Below the pieces are notes generated by a model. That model had not been told where the DNA came from and did not search any database. It was given only the letters and a program-made list of their open reading frames with translations. A DNA stretch of 54,508 nt from an uncultured virus (IMG/VR IMGVR_UViG_3300027801_001720) (lineage: Duplodnaviria > Heunggongvirae > Uroviricota > Caudoviricetes): the IMG/VR virus record IMGVR_UViG_3300027801_001720; one strand, written 5' to 3'. Position numbers and translations under genes: made by a program. Positions 17,801 through 27,398 of this stretch are shown in pieces (within the stretch, counting starts at the first letter, position 1; each line of letters begins with the position of its first letter).

Positions 17801-20587
17801 TTAACTACCGGATGATCCCAAAGTGTTTTGGATTCTAATCGGAATGTATATAAACTCAACTGCTTTGACAGGCTGTATAGCAATGTCAATGTAAAGTTCA
17901 TTTCTATCAATTCTAGCAGATGTGTTATTTGTTCCATCACAAACTGTAACGAAGTCAAATAAACCTCTTTGAATAACTAAGTTACTCAATAAACCATCAA
18001 CTACATCTTTAGCATTTTGTCTAGTTACTGCATCATTTGGTTCAAACAAGAACGGCTTAACGATATCGTCAAGTCTTTCTCTTATGTACACAATAAGTCT
18101 AGCAACGTTCACTCTATCCAATGCACTTGCAGTTGGGTTAAGTGTTTTTTGTCCAAATACTGCAAGTCCACGTCCTGGGAATTGAGCAATTGGATTAATT
18201 TTGTTACCATATAATGTATCTCTTTGACCTTCGTTGAGTGTTACCGGAGTATACTCGCCTGTTGTCGGATCTACATAACCTACTGATGTTGCATTTTGAA
18301 CAAGACCTCTTTGGAAGCCTGCTGGTGCAAACCAAGGGAAAGCAACCTGGTCATTGTATGCAAGAGTTCTTAAAGCAACATGACTTGAAGGAACAACAAC
18401 GTTGGTTCCGTCTAAGTTAGTTGTTAAAGCACTTGGGTAATAAACAGCCGCGTATGGTGAAGCAGAAACAAGTCCGTCCTCTCCATTCTCACTAGCATTG
18501 TTGGCGTTAGTGGCCCAGTCTTTTGTGCTTGTAGCATCTGCTTTAAGTCTAAATGGTGAGTCAGCAATAACAAAGGCAGTATTTCTTCTGTCTGTGCTTA
18601 ATGCTACCATTTCGTCTAGCAATTCAGGGAAGCCAGGAGCGGCAATAATGTTATATGCATTAACTTCACTTCTAATGTCATCATTAGAAACGATTGCAGA
18701 TTGCATTTTAGTTTTAACTAAATTGTGTACTGCTTTTCTTAATCCAAACATGTTACCGTCTGTTTTGTTTCCTGAAGCATCAACCCATACGTTACCAATA
18801 TTAGTAGAAGCTGGAGTATAATTAATCTTATACTCTTTAACATTACCTACTGAAGCACGTTTGTTATAGCCCCAGATACCACTTGGGTATGCTGTTGCCA
18901 ATGGTGCGTCTGCATCTAATGAACTTGCTGAAGACTGTCTAAAGTCTCCAAACACTATTCCTTCTGCTGTATGCTGATCACTTCCGTCTACTGAAACCCA
19001 GGCTGTACCTGACCACTTGTAGAATTTAGGGAAGTTTTCTGTATCGTCTGAATCCAACCATGCGTCGCCGGCTACTAGAGCAGTTCCGTCTGATTGTACT
19101 GTTGGTGCTGTTGCAGTTACACTTACGTCTTTTGTGAAAGTAACCCAAGCACTACCGTTGTGTTCTAATAAGTCAACGTTAGCCTTAGCCACTGTCGCAT
19201 TGTACCAGTAAGTACCTTCTGCTAAAGTTCCTGTCATAGTAGTTTTTGATGCTACATACGATAGGGCTCCGTAGTTAGAGTATGTTTTGTTTAATGCAAC
19301 CGCCTGTGTTCCTAGTCCAATTGAACTTGGTCCAAAGTCTGCGTGGTTACTTTGTACAACTATATCTCTACCTGTACTAGAAGTTAATATAATATTATTA
19401 TTACTTCCTATTGAAGCAAGAACTTCAGTTACACTAGCCGCACTAAGAGCCGCGTTGATGTCATAAACTGCATCTTCGGCTGTTGATGTTGCTGGAGTAG
19501 TACTGATTGTACCTGCCAATGTTACAACTGTAGTTGTGCCATTGTAAACAATGTCTAAACTGCTGTTGCCGGAAACGTCTACGCCACTAGCGAACGCTGA
19601 TGAACCAGTCGCTACTAATGATGTGTTTCCATTATGTCTTTTCAGGTCATACTCTGCTTCTGTTCCGCCATGTACTGCAATAAGGTCGCCAACTTTAACG
19701 TTTGCCGTTCCTATTGTAGTAAGTGCTGTATCAGTGTTTGCATATATTGATGTTGCTACTGCACTAAAAGTCTTACTTGAAGAACTGTAAAGTTTAGTAG
19801 ATAAACTTGCACCTGTGTTAGGTGTTGAAGTTTGAACAAATATGTCTCCAGCTGAAAGAGCCGTAGTATTGTCTGATCTTAGACTTGGTACTGATAAATG
19901 AGTACTAAATTGGAAGTCACCTGATGTTGCTGAACCCCAACTAGTAGTACCTACTTGGTACCAGTCGTTTGAATATTTTTCGTAGTATTTAACTTGGGTA
20001 GAAGTTCCACCAGCCGCTGTATTTGCCACAACTGCGTAATCGCCGTTCTGTCCAAATGCTTGGCTTGGTCCACCTGTTCCTGAGTTTATACTTGTTGAAT
20101 CTACAACGGATACTGTTTTCTTAACCCATGCTGTGCCTGACCATTCTCTTAACCCGAAAGTTGAAGATGCTGTGTCAAACCAGTATGATCCATCTGCAAT
20201 AGCGCCTGTTGGAGCCTTGCTGGATGCCGCTAATTCACCTAAGTCTATATCTGCTCTCAGAACGTATGCTCTGTTTGCCAAACCTAAGAAACTGTGGGCC
20301 GCTAGTAAACCGTATTCATTGAGATCATAACCATTCAACTGATTACTACCACTTGCATAGAAACTTGGGTTTCCAAACTGTTGTAGTAGCTCACGTTGAC
20401 TAGTCATTAGTTTTAATTTACCTGCGTTTGCTTTAGTTGTAAATGCCGCTGTACTTGTTCCATCTGGTCCAGTTTTATCCTGGGCCGTAGCGATGATTAA
20501 CAAAGGTACAGTTCCAGCACCCGCCGCCGCATAAAACGATTCGTCGGATACACTAATGCTAACTCCTGGTGATACTAATTCTGCCAT
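17801..20587 (-). CDS. gp18: Contractile tail sheath protein (gp18-like)
   Basis: LVSPGVSISVSDES N-terminus; PWFAPAG, RDTLYGNKINPI, FGQKTL, DRVNVARL, LFEPND, EFIYIPIR. Confidence 0.96.
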   Translation of the reverse strand: MAELVSPGVSISVSDESFYAAAGAGTVPLLIIATAQDKTGPDGTSTAAFTTKANAGKLKLMTSQRELLQQFGNPSFYASGSNQLNGYDLNEYGLLAAHSFLGLANRAYVLRADIDLGELAASSKAPTGAIADGSYWFDTASSTFGLREWSGTAWVKKTVSVVDSTSINSGTGGPSQAFGQNGDYAVVANTAAGGTSTQVKYYEKYSNDWYQVGTTSWGSATSGDFQFSTHLSVPSLRSDNTTALSAGDIFVQTSTPNTGASLSTKLYSSSSKTFSAVATSIYANTDTALTTIGTANVKVGDLIAVHGGTEAEYDLKRHNGNTSLVATGSSAFASGVDVSGNSSLDIVYNGTTTVVTLAGTISTTPATSTAEDAVYDINAALSAASVTEVLASIGSNNNIILTSSTGRDIVVQSNHADFGPSSIGLGTQAVALNKTYSNYGALSYVASKTTMTGTLAEGTYWYNATVAKANVDLLEHNGSAWVTFTKDVSVTATAPTVQSDGTALVAGDAWLDSDDTENFPKFYKWSGTAWVSVDGSDQHTAEGIVFGDFRQSSASSLDADAPLATAYPSGIWGYNKRASVGNVKEYKINYTPASTNIGNVWVDASGNKTDGNMFGLRKAVHNLVKTKMQSAIVSNDDIRSEVNAYNIIAAPGFPELLDEMVALSTDRRNTAFVIADSPFRLKADATSTKDWATNANNASENGEDGLVSASPYAAVYYPSALTTNLDGTNVVVPSSHVALRTLAYNDQVAFPWFAPAGFQRGLVQNATSVGYVDPTTGEYTPVTLNEGQRDTLYGNKINPIAQFPGRGLAVFGQKTLNPTASALDRVNVARLIVYIRERLDDIVKPFLFEPNDAVTRQNAKDVVDGLLSNLVIQRGLFDFVTVCDGTNNTSARIDRNELYIDIAIQPVKAVEFIYIPIRIQNTLGSSGS

Positions 20588-20713
20588 TATAATCTCCTAA
20601 TATTATTAATTATGTTAGTGCAATTATTTATCATAAAAAGTGTAAAGCACGGTATTATAAAACTACCGGAGTACAATAAAATATGAGGTTTTGATAAATA
20701 AGACCGGTTTGGT

Positions 20714-21370
20714 CTATAATGCTTGTATTTTGGGGGTAAAGATATTATTATGTATTAAAGTTACTTGTTCTTGCAAATCTTCTAGTGTTCCTGTGTTAGA
20801 TATCTCATAATCAAAATCATATCCTGCCCACTTCCATTCACTTGCATGTACACTTGCATAACGTGTTTCCATTGTGTGCTTTGCTGGAACACTACCTTTA
20901 TTGGCGTGTGATGCCACTTCATACCATTCAGGCATGACGTTTCTTATAACATGAATAACTATACCGTCAAGTTGTTTAACTAAGTCTAGTTCATTTTTAA
21001 ATCTAGCGTCACTTACAACAACTAGTTGGTCTTCTTGTGATCTCTTTCTAATACGATATTCTAAACTGTCTAACCAAATGTCTTGATTAAAATGTGTACG
21101 CATTATTTCTGTACCTAACAACTGAAGTGCTAGTCTTGGAGTAAAATTATCTATGTTTAATTTTTTAGTCCAGTAAAGGTCTGCTGTTTCTCTAAAGTCT
21201 CTACTTGCTAATGTATCGCCTTCTAACATGTGTCTATCCCAACCAAACACACTAGAGCATAAATCTTTTAAAGGTGCCGCAAAACTATCCTTTACTGCTC
21301 CTCGTTCTACGAACATCTCGGCAACTGTATCTTTGCCACTTCCCATAAATCCTGTTATTCCTATTATCAT
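20714..21370 (-). CDS. Deoxynucleoside monophosphate kinase (T4 gp1-like)
   Basis: IIGITGFMGSGKDTVA, SFAAPLKD, TPRLALQLLGTE, SDARFKNE, HASE. Confidence 0.93.
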   Translation of the reverse strand: MIIGITGFMGSGKDTVAEMFVERGAVKDSFAAPLKDLCSSVFGWDRHMLEGDTLASRDFRETADLYWTKKLNIDNFTPRLALQLLGTEIMRTHFNQDIWLDSLEYRIRKRSQEDQLVVVSDARFKNELDLVKQLDGIVIHVIRNVMPEWYEVASHANKGSVPAKHTMETRYASVHASEWKWAGYDFDYEISNTGTLEDLQEQVTLIHNNIFTPKIQAL

Positions 21371-21393
21371 ACTATTATATATCCTAATAATTA

Positions 21394-22281
21394 TTACTTA
21401 AAGAAATTTCCGGAAGAAACCAATTCTTCAATTCTTCTAAAATTCATTCCTTCACCTGAATGTACTCTAAACGATACCCTAGGAGTATTATTAGTTAATA
21501 CTCTATGCCATTTGGCTAAGTTAATAAAAAACGGATTATGCATTCCTTTACGTTCAGCACTTATAGGTATATGGTCTCTCCACATCTCAGAGTCTGCAAT
21601 ATAGCTCGTAGAGGCTGAAACTTTCAATCCATCTTGAGCGAGAACTTCCGGGAGACCTTGTGGAGTTATTTTGTAATCTGGATTATTGTTAAGCCATGTG
21701 TTTACAAATTTAGATTCTACTTCGTTGTACTTGTTATTCAACTCATCAGTAGCATGTGTAAATTGTAGGATACTCTCGTCTACATCTCCTAATAGTCTAA
21801 AATTACAACATACCGATGCTCTTACTTGGTGCAGTATTTGTGTATTAAAATCTACAGGAATATCATTTGGAATTTTTACAGGACCTTCTGTATGCCACTT
21901 TGATGTTTTATTAAAACACAAAATAGTTATAGGTGGTAACTTACCACCTGGTAGTTCCCAAAGGTCATCTAAATAGTCTTCATGAAATGTGTCTCTAGCC
22001 CAATCATACACTTCACGTTTTAGTTTGCTATTCTTAATAAGTGCTGTACCATTAAAATGTATATTGTCATCTTCCCGTCCGTTTAGGCTGTGTATATATT
22101 TGTCATATTCATTCGCCGGTTGGGATTGCCAATTATTCCATGCTAGTTTATTTGTTTTAATTATAAAAGGTTTAAGGTGGCTTTTGTTATCATTAATTAA
22201 TTCGTAATCTTCATCAGAAAAGATGTCGTCTACTGTCCAGGGTAGTTCCATTGTTGGTAAATCTATATAACAGTTTTTCAT
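21394..22281 (-). CDS. Putative Fe(II)/2OG oxygenase-like protein, paralogue 4
   Basis: WHTEG...CNFRLLGD...NPFFINLAKWHRV...PRVSFR. Confidence 0.6.
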   Translation of the reverse strand: MKNCYIDLPTMELPWTVDDIFSDEDYELINDNKSHLKPFIIKTNKLAWNNWQSQPANEYDKYIHSLNGREDDNIHFNGTALIKNSKLKREVYDWARDTFHEDYLDDLWELPGGKLPPITILCFNKTSKWHTEGPVKIPNDIPVDFNTQILHQVRASVCCNFRLLGDVDESILQFTHATDELNNKYNEVESKFVNTWLNNNPDYKITPQGLPEVLAQDGLKVSASTSYIADSEMWRDHIPISAERKGMHNPFFINLAKWHRVLTNNTPRVSFRVHSGEGMNFRRIEELVSSGNFFK

Positions 22282-23195
22282 TTAAAAAACCTCTGTGTTT
22301 CTACAAGTTCTTCTATTTTTTTAAAAGTCATTCTTTCGTGTGAATGTACTCTAAATGTTACTCTAGGAGTATTGTTGGTTAATACTCTATGCCACTTTGC
22401 TACATTAACAAAATACGGATTATGCATTCCTACATGTTCTGTAATTTTATTAAGATGGTCAGCCCATTGATCCATATCTGATATGTAACTACTAACAGGG
22501 CCTACTCGTATGTTATTTACAATAGCTAGGTTTGGTGGACGTTTTATTAACCTGGATAAAAATCTTGCATAGTCTGTAAAAAATTTATCTCTAGCCAGTT
22601 CATGTGTACGTTCCAATTCGTCTGAACCATTTGCAAATTCTATTTTACTGTTGTCCGTATCTCCCAATAGTTTAAAGTTACACACAGCAGGTGGTCGTAA
22701 TTTATTAATCCTATTAAAGCCATCAACATCTCCACCAGATGGAGCCTCAAAATCTGGAGTTTTCATTGGTCCTTCACAATGCCATCCTGAAGTTTTATTA
22801 AAACATAAAACTGTTACAGGAACTACTTTGCTGGCGCCGTTGGGACCGGTCCATAGATTATCTATATAGTCTGCATGAAATGTATCGTTAAGCCATTCCC
22901 ACATTTGGCGTTTTAATATTTGGTCATGTACTACTGCTGTGCCATTGAAATGCATTTCTCCAGCAAGTATCGTATCTATGTCTTGCTGTACAAGGTCTCC
23001 AGTATGCTTTCCAGCCTGAAGTAAATCATATCGTTGCTTGCCGGCATTAGTCCACGTAATGTTTTTTGATTGTATTGAATAGTTCTTTGACGCACCATCT
23101 TTTGCATGTATCAACTCTATATCTTCAGCTGAAAGAATATCTTCTGCCGTCCATGGTAGTGTTAAATTAGGTACATCTATGAAACATCCATTCAT
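22278..23195 (-). CDS. Putative Fe(II)/2OG oxygenase-like protein, paralogue 3
   Basis: WHCEG...CNFKLLGD...NPYFVNVAKWHRV...PRVTFR. Confidence 0.6.
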   Translation of the reverse strand: MNGCFIDVPNLTLPWTAEDILSAEDIELIHAKDGASKNYSIQSKNITWTNAGKQRYDLLQAGKHTGDLVQQDIDTILAGEMHFNGTAVVHDQILKRQMWEWLNDTFHADYIDNLWTGPNGASKVVPVTVLCFNKTSGWHCEGPMKTPDFEAPSGGDVDGFNRINKLRPPAVCNFKLLGDTDNSKIEFANGSDELERTHELARDKFFTDYARFLSRLIKRPPNLAIVNNIRVGPVSSYISDMDQWADHLNKITEHVGMHNPYFVNVAKWHRVLTNNTPRVTFRVHSHERMTFKKIEELVETQRFFK

Positions 23196-24121
23196 TTTAA
23201 AAATTTACCTTCATCTATCAAACTTTGAAAATGTTCAAACGTTTGATTTTTGTGTCCCATAAATCTTAAACTAACTCTCGGTGCTACTGTTTTAATATTA
23301 ACCCTGTGCCAAGAAGATAAATTTAATAAAAATGGACTGTGGTATCCTTCTATTTTTCCTGCAGGTTTTAAACGCTGTAACATGTCATTACTAGATGTTT
23401 GGTCAATAGTTTCTGAAACACTAATGCCATTATCACTCCACATAGTCACAGGCTCTTTGCCGTCAACCTTCCATTGGTCTGTGAAACGTTTATTTAATGC
23501 ATCATACTCTGCTGTAAATATTTCATCTGGTTCTGCAACTTCAATAGAGCAATCATCTGCATCGCCTAATAGCCTAAAGTTACATACAGCACTTGTACGT
23601 GATGTTTCAATTCTATTGTGTAATAAACTTTCGTCTGCAACTTTTCTCCAACCTGATAACCCCTCTGTGTGGAATGTACTTGGTCCACTAAACCCAATAA
23701 GTGTAATAGGAACAATTTTCTTTCCGCCCAAACTCCAAATGTCTGCTAGATAGTCCTCATGGAATGTATCTTGTGCAAACTCTCTGAGTGTGTACATTAG
23801 TTTTTTATTTGTTATGACTCCTATACTTGTTGGAGGTCTATAGCCTTTCATTTTTTCGCCTACAACAAAATCTTCATCTTTGTCTAACACAATATCTGTG
23901 CCGGCAATCTTATGTTCGTTTGGGCTATACATCCAACTCATGTTTTCTGTTTGGGCCATTGTCCAACCAAACATGTCTGGGTGCTCTACGATTTCTACCT
24001 TGTCATTAAATTTTTCTCTGTCGTAAATTAAATCGTAATCATCTTCCGTAAAAATATCATCTACTGTAATAGGTAATTCCAAATCTGGAAAAGAACAAAG
24101 GTGATTTCTTACGTTATGCAT
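23192..24121 (-). CDS. Putative Fe(II)/2OG oxygenase-like protein, paralogue 2
   Basis: FHTEG...CNFRLLGD...SPFLLNLSSWHRV...PRVSLR. Confidence 0.6.
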   Translation of the reverse strand: MHNVRNHLCSFPDLELPITVDDIFTEDDYDLIYDREKFNDKVEIVEHPDMFGWTMAQTENMSWMYSPNEHKIAGTDIVLDKDEDFVVGEKMKGYRPPTSIGVITNKKLMYTLREFAQDTFHEDYLADIWSLGGKKIVPITLIGFSGPSTFHTEGLSGWRKVADESLLHNRIETSRTSAVCNFRLLGDADDCSIEVAEPDEIFTAEYDALNKRFTDQWKVDGKEPVTMWSDNGISVSETIDQTSSNDMLQRLKPAGKIEGYHSPFLLNLSSWHRVNIKTVAPRVSLRFMGHKNQTFEHFQSLIDEGKFLK

Positions 24122-24911
24122 TTATTAATTTACCCTCTTTATGTAAGTTAGCCCAATGACTCATTGGTAGTTCTTCATTACACATTAATCTAAAACTGAT
24201 CCTCGGTTCTTTAGTCCTACTATTTTCAACACGGTGCCAAGGATTAGGGTGGGTATCTTGATGTCCTAAGTTTAAGAGGAACGGACAATCGTAGTTTATT
24301 TTTCTATCTATTTCTGTAACATTATCATCAATAGTCATTATTGCATCACTATAAAAATTACTTCTAATGTTTTTATCTTTACACCATTGGACATCTTGCC
24401 CAGGTGTTCTCAAATTGTATAACTGCTCGACAGTATTTAACACATACTCACTTGGTTGCCCAAATACAATATCACTGTCCTCATCTGCTTTTAATTTAAT
24501 ATTAAGTACAGCACTAGTTCTTGCAAATCCTTCTTCCAATTTTGTCCAAGGATAAAATCCTTCGTAATGCCATCTGCTAGATTCACTTGCTTTAGTCATT
24601 ACTAATGTTGCTGGAAATGATTTATTAGGGCGTTTGTAAAATGCTTTTGTAAAAAAGTTATCTGGGAAAACATCTTTCGCCCATTCTTGCATTAAACGTG
24701 ATATGCTTTTATCTACTAAGAAACCTATCTGTAAGTTAGGTGCTTCTTCATTTGTGGTCCATGCTATCTTTTGTGCATTTTTAAAAACATATTCTGAGGG
24801 GTTGTGTCCATCTTGTAAGGCAAAATCTGAATCAAGTAAAATATCTTCTGCTTTAAACGGTAAAGGAAACTTTAAAAGTTCTGGTATGTCAAAATATGTG
24901 TTCCCAGACAT
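24114..24911 (-). CDS. Putative Fe(II)/2OG oxygenase-like protein, paralogue 1
   Basis: WHYEG...RTSAVLN...CPFLLNL...PWHRV...PRISFR. Confidence 0.6.
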   Translation of the reverse strand: MSGNTYFDIPELLKFPLPFKAEDILLDSDFALQDGHNPSEYVFKNAQKIAWTTNEEAPNLQIGFLVDKSISRLMQEWAKDVFPDNFFTKAFYKRPNKSFPATLVMTKASESSRWHYEGFYPWTKLEEGFARTSAVLNIKLKADEDSDIVFGQPSEYVLNTVEQLYNLRTPGQDVQWCKDKNIRSNFYSDAIMTIDDNVTEIDRKINYDCPFLLNLGHQDTHPNPWHRVENSRTKEPRISFRLMCNEELPMSHWANLHKEGKLINA

Positions 24912-25678
24912 TATCCTATAACAAAGCCTAGTGGTGAGTTGCCTTCTTCCATGTTGTGTATTGATGCTATCAATTGATCCATCTCTGTTAATGCTTCTGC
25001 CTTTAAGGCATCGCCATTAAGAGTTACTGCTCCACCTGGTCCTGGTAATCCACCTGGGAATTTGCTTCTTGCTTCACCTAACATCATTTTACTCTGTGCT
25101 AATGCAAAATTAGAAAGCCAATCTGCGGCATACACATCTTTAATTAAAACACTCTCTGGTATAAAGTTATTAACTCCAACTGCAATGTCTTCTGCGTGTG
25201 CCACGTTTCTTAGAATAGTTAATTCTTTTGTGTTGCGATTAAATGTAAAATTATACTCACTACCAAATATACGACCAATAGTTTCCTTGTATTGTGCAAA
25301 TGCATCAAATACTGCAAGTCCACCTATTTGTCCTGCTTGTAGCATGTACATGTTATTAAATGCAACATCAAATGGATCAAAGTTAGTACCGCCACCACTG
25401 TTAGTTCCGATGCCTCTTCTATATAAACGCTTAACGTCTATAACTTCATCAGGGAGTGTATACTTTGTTACACCGTCCTGTGTTTGTACAAAAATAACTG
25501 CTTCTTCTACACTACCGCTACTCAACTGTCTATACTTTTGTAAAGATTTGTTGATTGCTATATCGTAATGCTCTCTATCCAACTCAACATCTACCATTCC
25601 GTCAGCCAGTCTTAACTGAATTTCCTTAATGATTTCGTCTCTGTTGTTGTAGCCTATTTGGTCTATTCTCTGTGCCAT
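24911..25678 (-). CDS. gp13: Neck protein (gp13-like)
   Basis: LRLADGMVDVEL, AQSKMMLGEARSKF, PGPGGAVTLNGDALK, PLGFVIG. Confidence 0.88.
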   Translation of the reverse strand: MAQRIDQIGYNNRDEIIKEIQLRLADGMVDVELDREHYDIAINKSLQKYRQLSSGSVEEAVIFVQTQDGVTKYTLPDEVIDVKRLYRRGIGTNSGGGTNFDPFDVAFNNMYMLQAGQIGGLAVFDAFAQYKETIGRIFGSEYNFTFNRNTKELTILRNVAHAEDIAVGVNNFIPESVLIKDVYAADWLSNFALAQSKMMLGEARSKFPGGLPGPGGAVTLNGDALKAEALTEMDQLIASIHNMEEGNSPLGFVIG

Positions 25679-25702
25679 ACTACTATTTATCACTTTCCAG
25701 TG

Positions 25703-26860
25703 TTAGAAGGCTCTAAGTATGATTGTAGTATCGTTTATTCTTCCGTTTAGTTTGGTTGGTGTTGTTTTTACTTCGTCAAATGCTTTAGCAAAACGTGTTT
25801 TAGCATTTCCGGTCCAGTTGCTAATCTGTTCTTTTGGCTTTCTAAGTGTCTTTTGCATAGAAGAGCCTGCATCAAAGCCTATTATAGTTGTGCCTTTAAC
25901 CATTAATCCGGCACCTTCTCTTGCCATATTACGTGGGTCTTTGTTCTCTGCGTGGTACACACCTATCTTCCGGGACTTTGTATTGTATAACCAAAGTTCG
26001 TTAGCATACACGACGTCTGTGGGCGATATAGATGCTATTCCTAAGTCTCCATCGGCTACTTGGAACTTTAACTTCTTAATTATGCTTTCTTTACTTCTGC
26101 TTCTAGGCTTACGTTGTTTTCTGTTTGCTTTACCAGTAAGTATGATTGCATCGCAGGCATTACTAATTTTTTGAAAAAAGCCTAAATAATCCTTCTTCAT
26201 TTTCTTATCCATAAAACTGTATGCTTCATTTAATTGTTCACATGTTCCATCGATACTTTCTTGTGCTTCTGCAAGTAAAGGTATGTATTGGTCTTGAATC
26301 ATTTTAGCATGAGCAGGTTTAATTACTCCAGACTGATATACTTTCATATCTTTATCTGGATCAAACTTTTTAAGGTCAATCTTATCTGCTTCTATGAAGT
26401 TATCCATAACATCGTCCCAGTCTCCACATAAGTCAGTAATTTGTTCTAACATTCTTTCTTGTATAGACACTTTTGGTTTCACAACTTCTTTAACTTTGAC
26501 TTCTTCCATTATCTCATTACCTTTCTCAATCCATTCTGGTATTCGTTTTTCATAAAATGCTACATACCGTTCAGGCATGTAACCAACTCTGGACCACATG
26601 TATCCATATTTTGCACTACTGCTAAATCTCCAATCCGGGTTTTTAAGTATTATCTTAATATCAGCCTTATCCCAACCACTGCCGTCTTTAACCCATTTCC
26701 TAAATTGTAGTACTTGGTCTTTAGTGGCTATCTCAGAATGTACAAAGTAATCCATTTCACGGAATGCGTTTTCTTGTTCGTCAGGATCTGTTACCAGTAT
26801 GAATTTCTTCCAATCTGGTTGTGTAGTGACGTAAACTGTTCTCTGTTTTTTTCTAGCCAT
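25703..26860 (-). CDS. Hypothetical early phage protein
   Basis: Lys-rich, with LWLYNTKSRK, VKGTTI, KTLRKP and NGRINDTTIILRAF. GGAG and TTGACA-N17-TATACT (26924..26896) upstream. Confidence 0.75.
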   Translation of the reverse strand: MARKKQRTVYVTTQPDWKKFILVTDPDEQENAFREMDYFVHSEIATKDQVLQFRKWVKDGSGWDKADIKIILKNPDWRFSSSAKYGYMWSRVGYMPERYVAFYEKRIPEWIEKGNEIMEEVKVKEVVKPKVSIQERMLEQITDLCGDWDDVMDNFIEADKIDLKKFDPDKDMKVYQSGVIKPAHAKMIQDQYIPLLAEAQESIDGTCEQLNEAYSFMDKKMKKDYLGFFQKISNACDAIILTGKANRKQRKPRSRSKESIIKKLKFQVADGDLGIASISPTDVVYANELWLYNTKSRKIGVYHAENKDPRNMAREGAGLMVKGTTIIGFDAGSSMQKTLRKPKEQISNWTGNAKTRFAKAFDEVKTTPTKLNGRINDTTIILRAF

Positions 26861-26955
26861 AACTTTTATTTTTACTCCAAGCAATATTCGTAGTTAGTAT
26901 AACTTCAAATAAATTGTTTGTCAATTGGTAAATTTTGAATCAAAAGGTTTAAAAC

Positions 26956-27378
26956 CTATAGTTTTTTAGCAGTAAGCCCAATACTTGCTGAAGCAACACG
27001 TTTTTCATTACAAAAAACTTCACAATCATAAAATATGTTATTCATTTTACGTTTTTTAAGTGTCGCATTAAGTGTTAATACATCTCCAGGGAATACTGGA
27101 TTACGGAATTTACAACCATCTACCCTAGTAACAAAAGTTACATAGTCACTATGCTGTACTGCACCAACGTCTTGCTCTGCAAGATATAATGCATGTATTC
27201 CGGCGCATTGATTCATTCCTTCTATAAGATAAACTCCGGGCCATATCTTAACATGTGGGAAATGTCCTTCTAGGACTGGATGGTCTGCTTGGACTTCGTA
27301 AGTTGCTACAATAGAATGGTCATCTATAATCTTGTGACTGTCTATTAATGCTATTGGGTATCTGTGTGGTAGTTCCAT
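26956..27378 (-). CDS. fabZ: FabZ-like 3-hydroxyacyl-ACP dehydratase (hotdog fold)
   Basis: LPHRYP, GHFP, PGVYLIEGMNQ, KFRNPVFPGD. Confidence 0.9.
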   Translation of the reverse strand: MELPHRYPIALIDSHKIIDDHSIVATYEVQADHPVLEGHFPHVKIWPGVYLIEGMNQCAGIHALYLAEQDVGAVQHSDYVTFVTRVDGCKFRNPVFPGDVLTLNATLKKRKMNNIFYDCEVFCNEKRVASASIGLTAKKL

Positions 27379-27398
27379 ACAAGTAGTTATGTAAGGAA

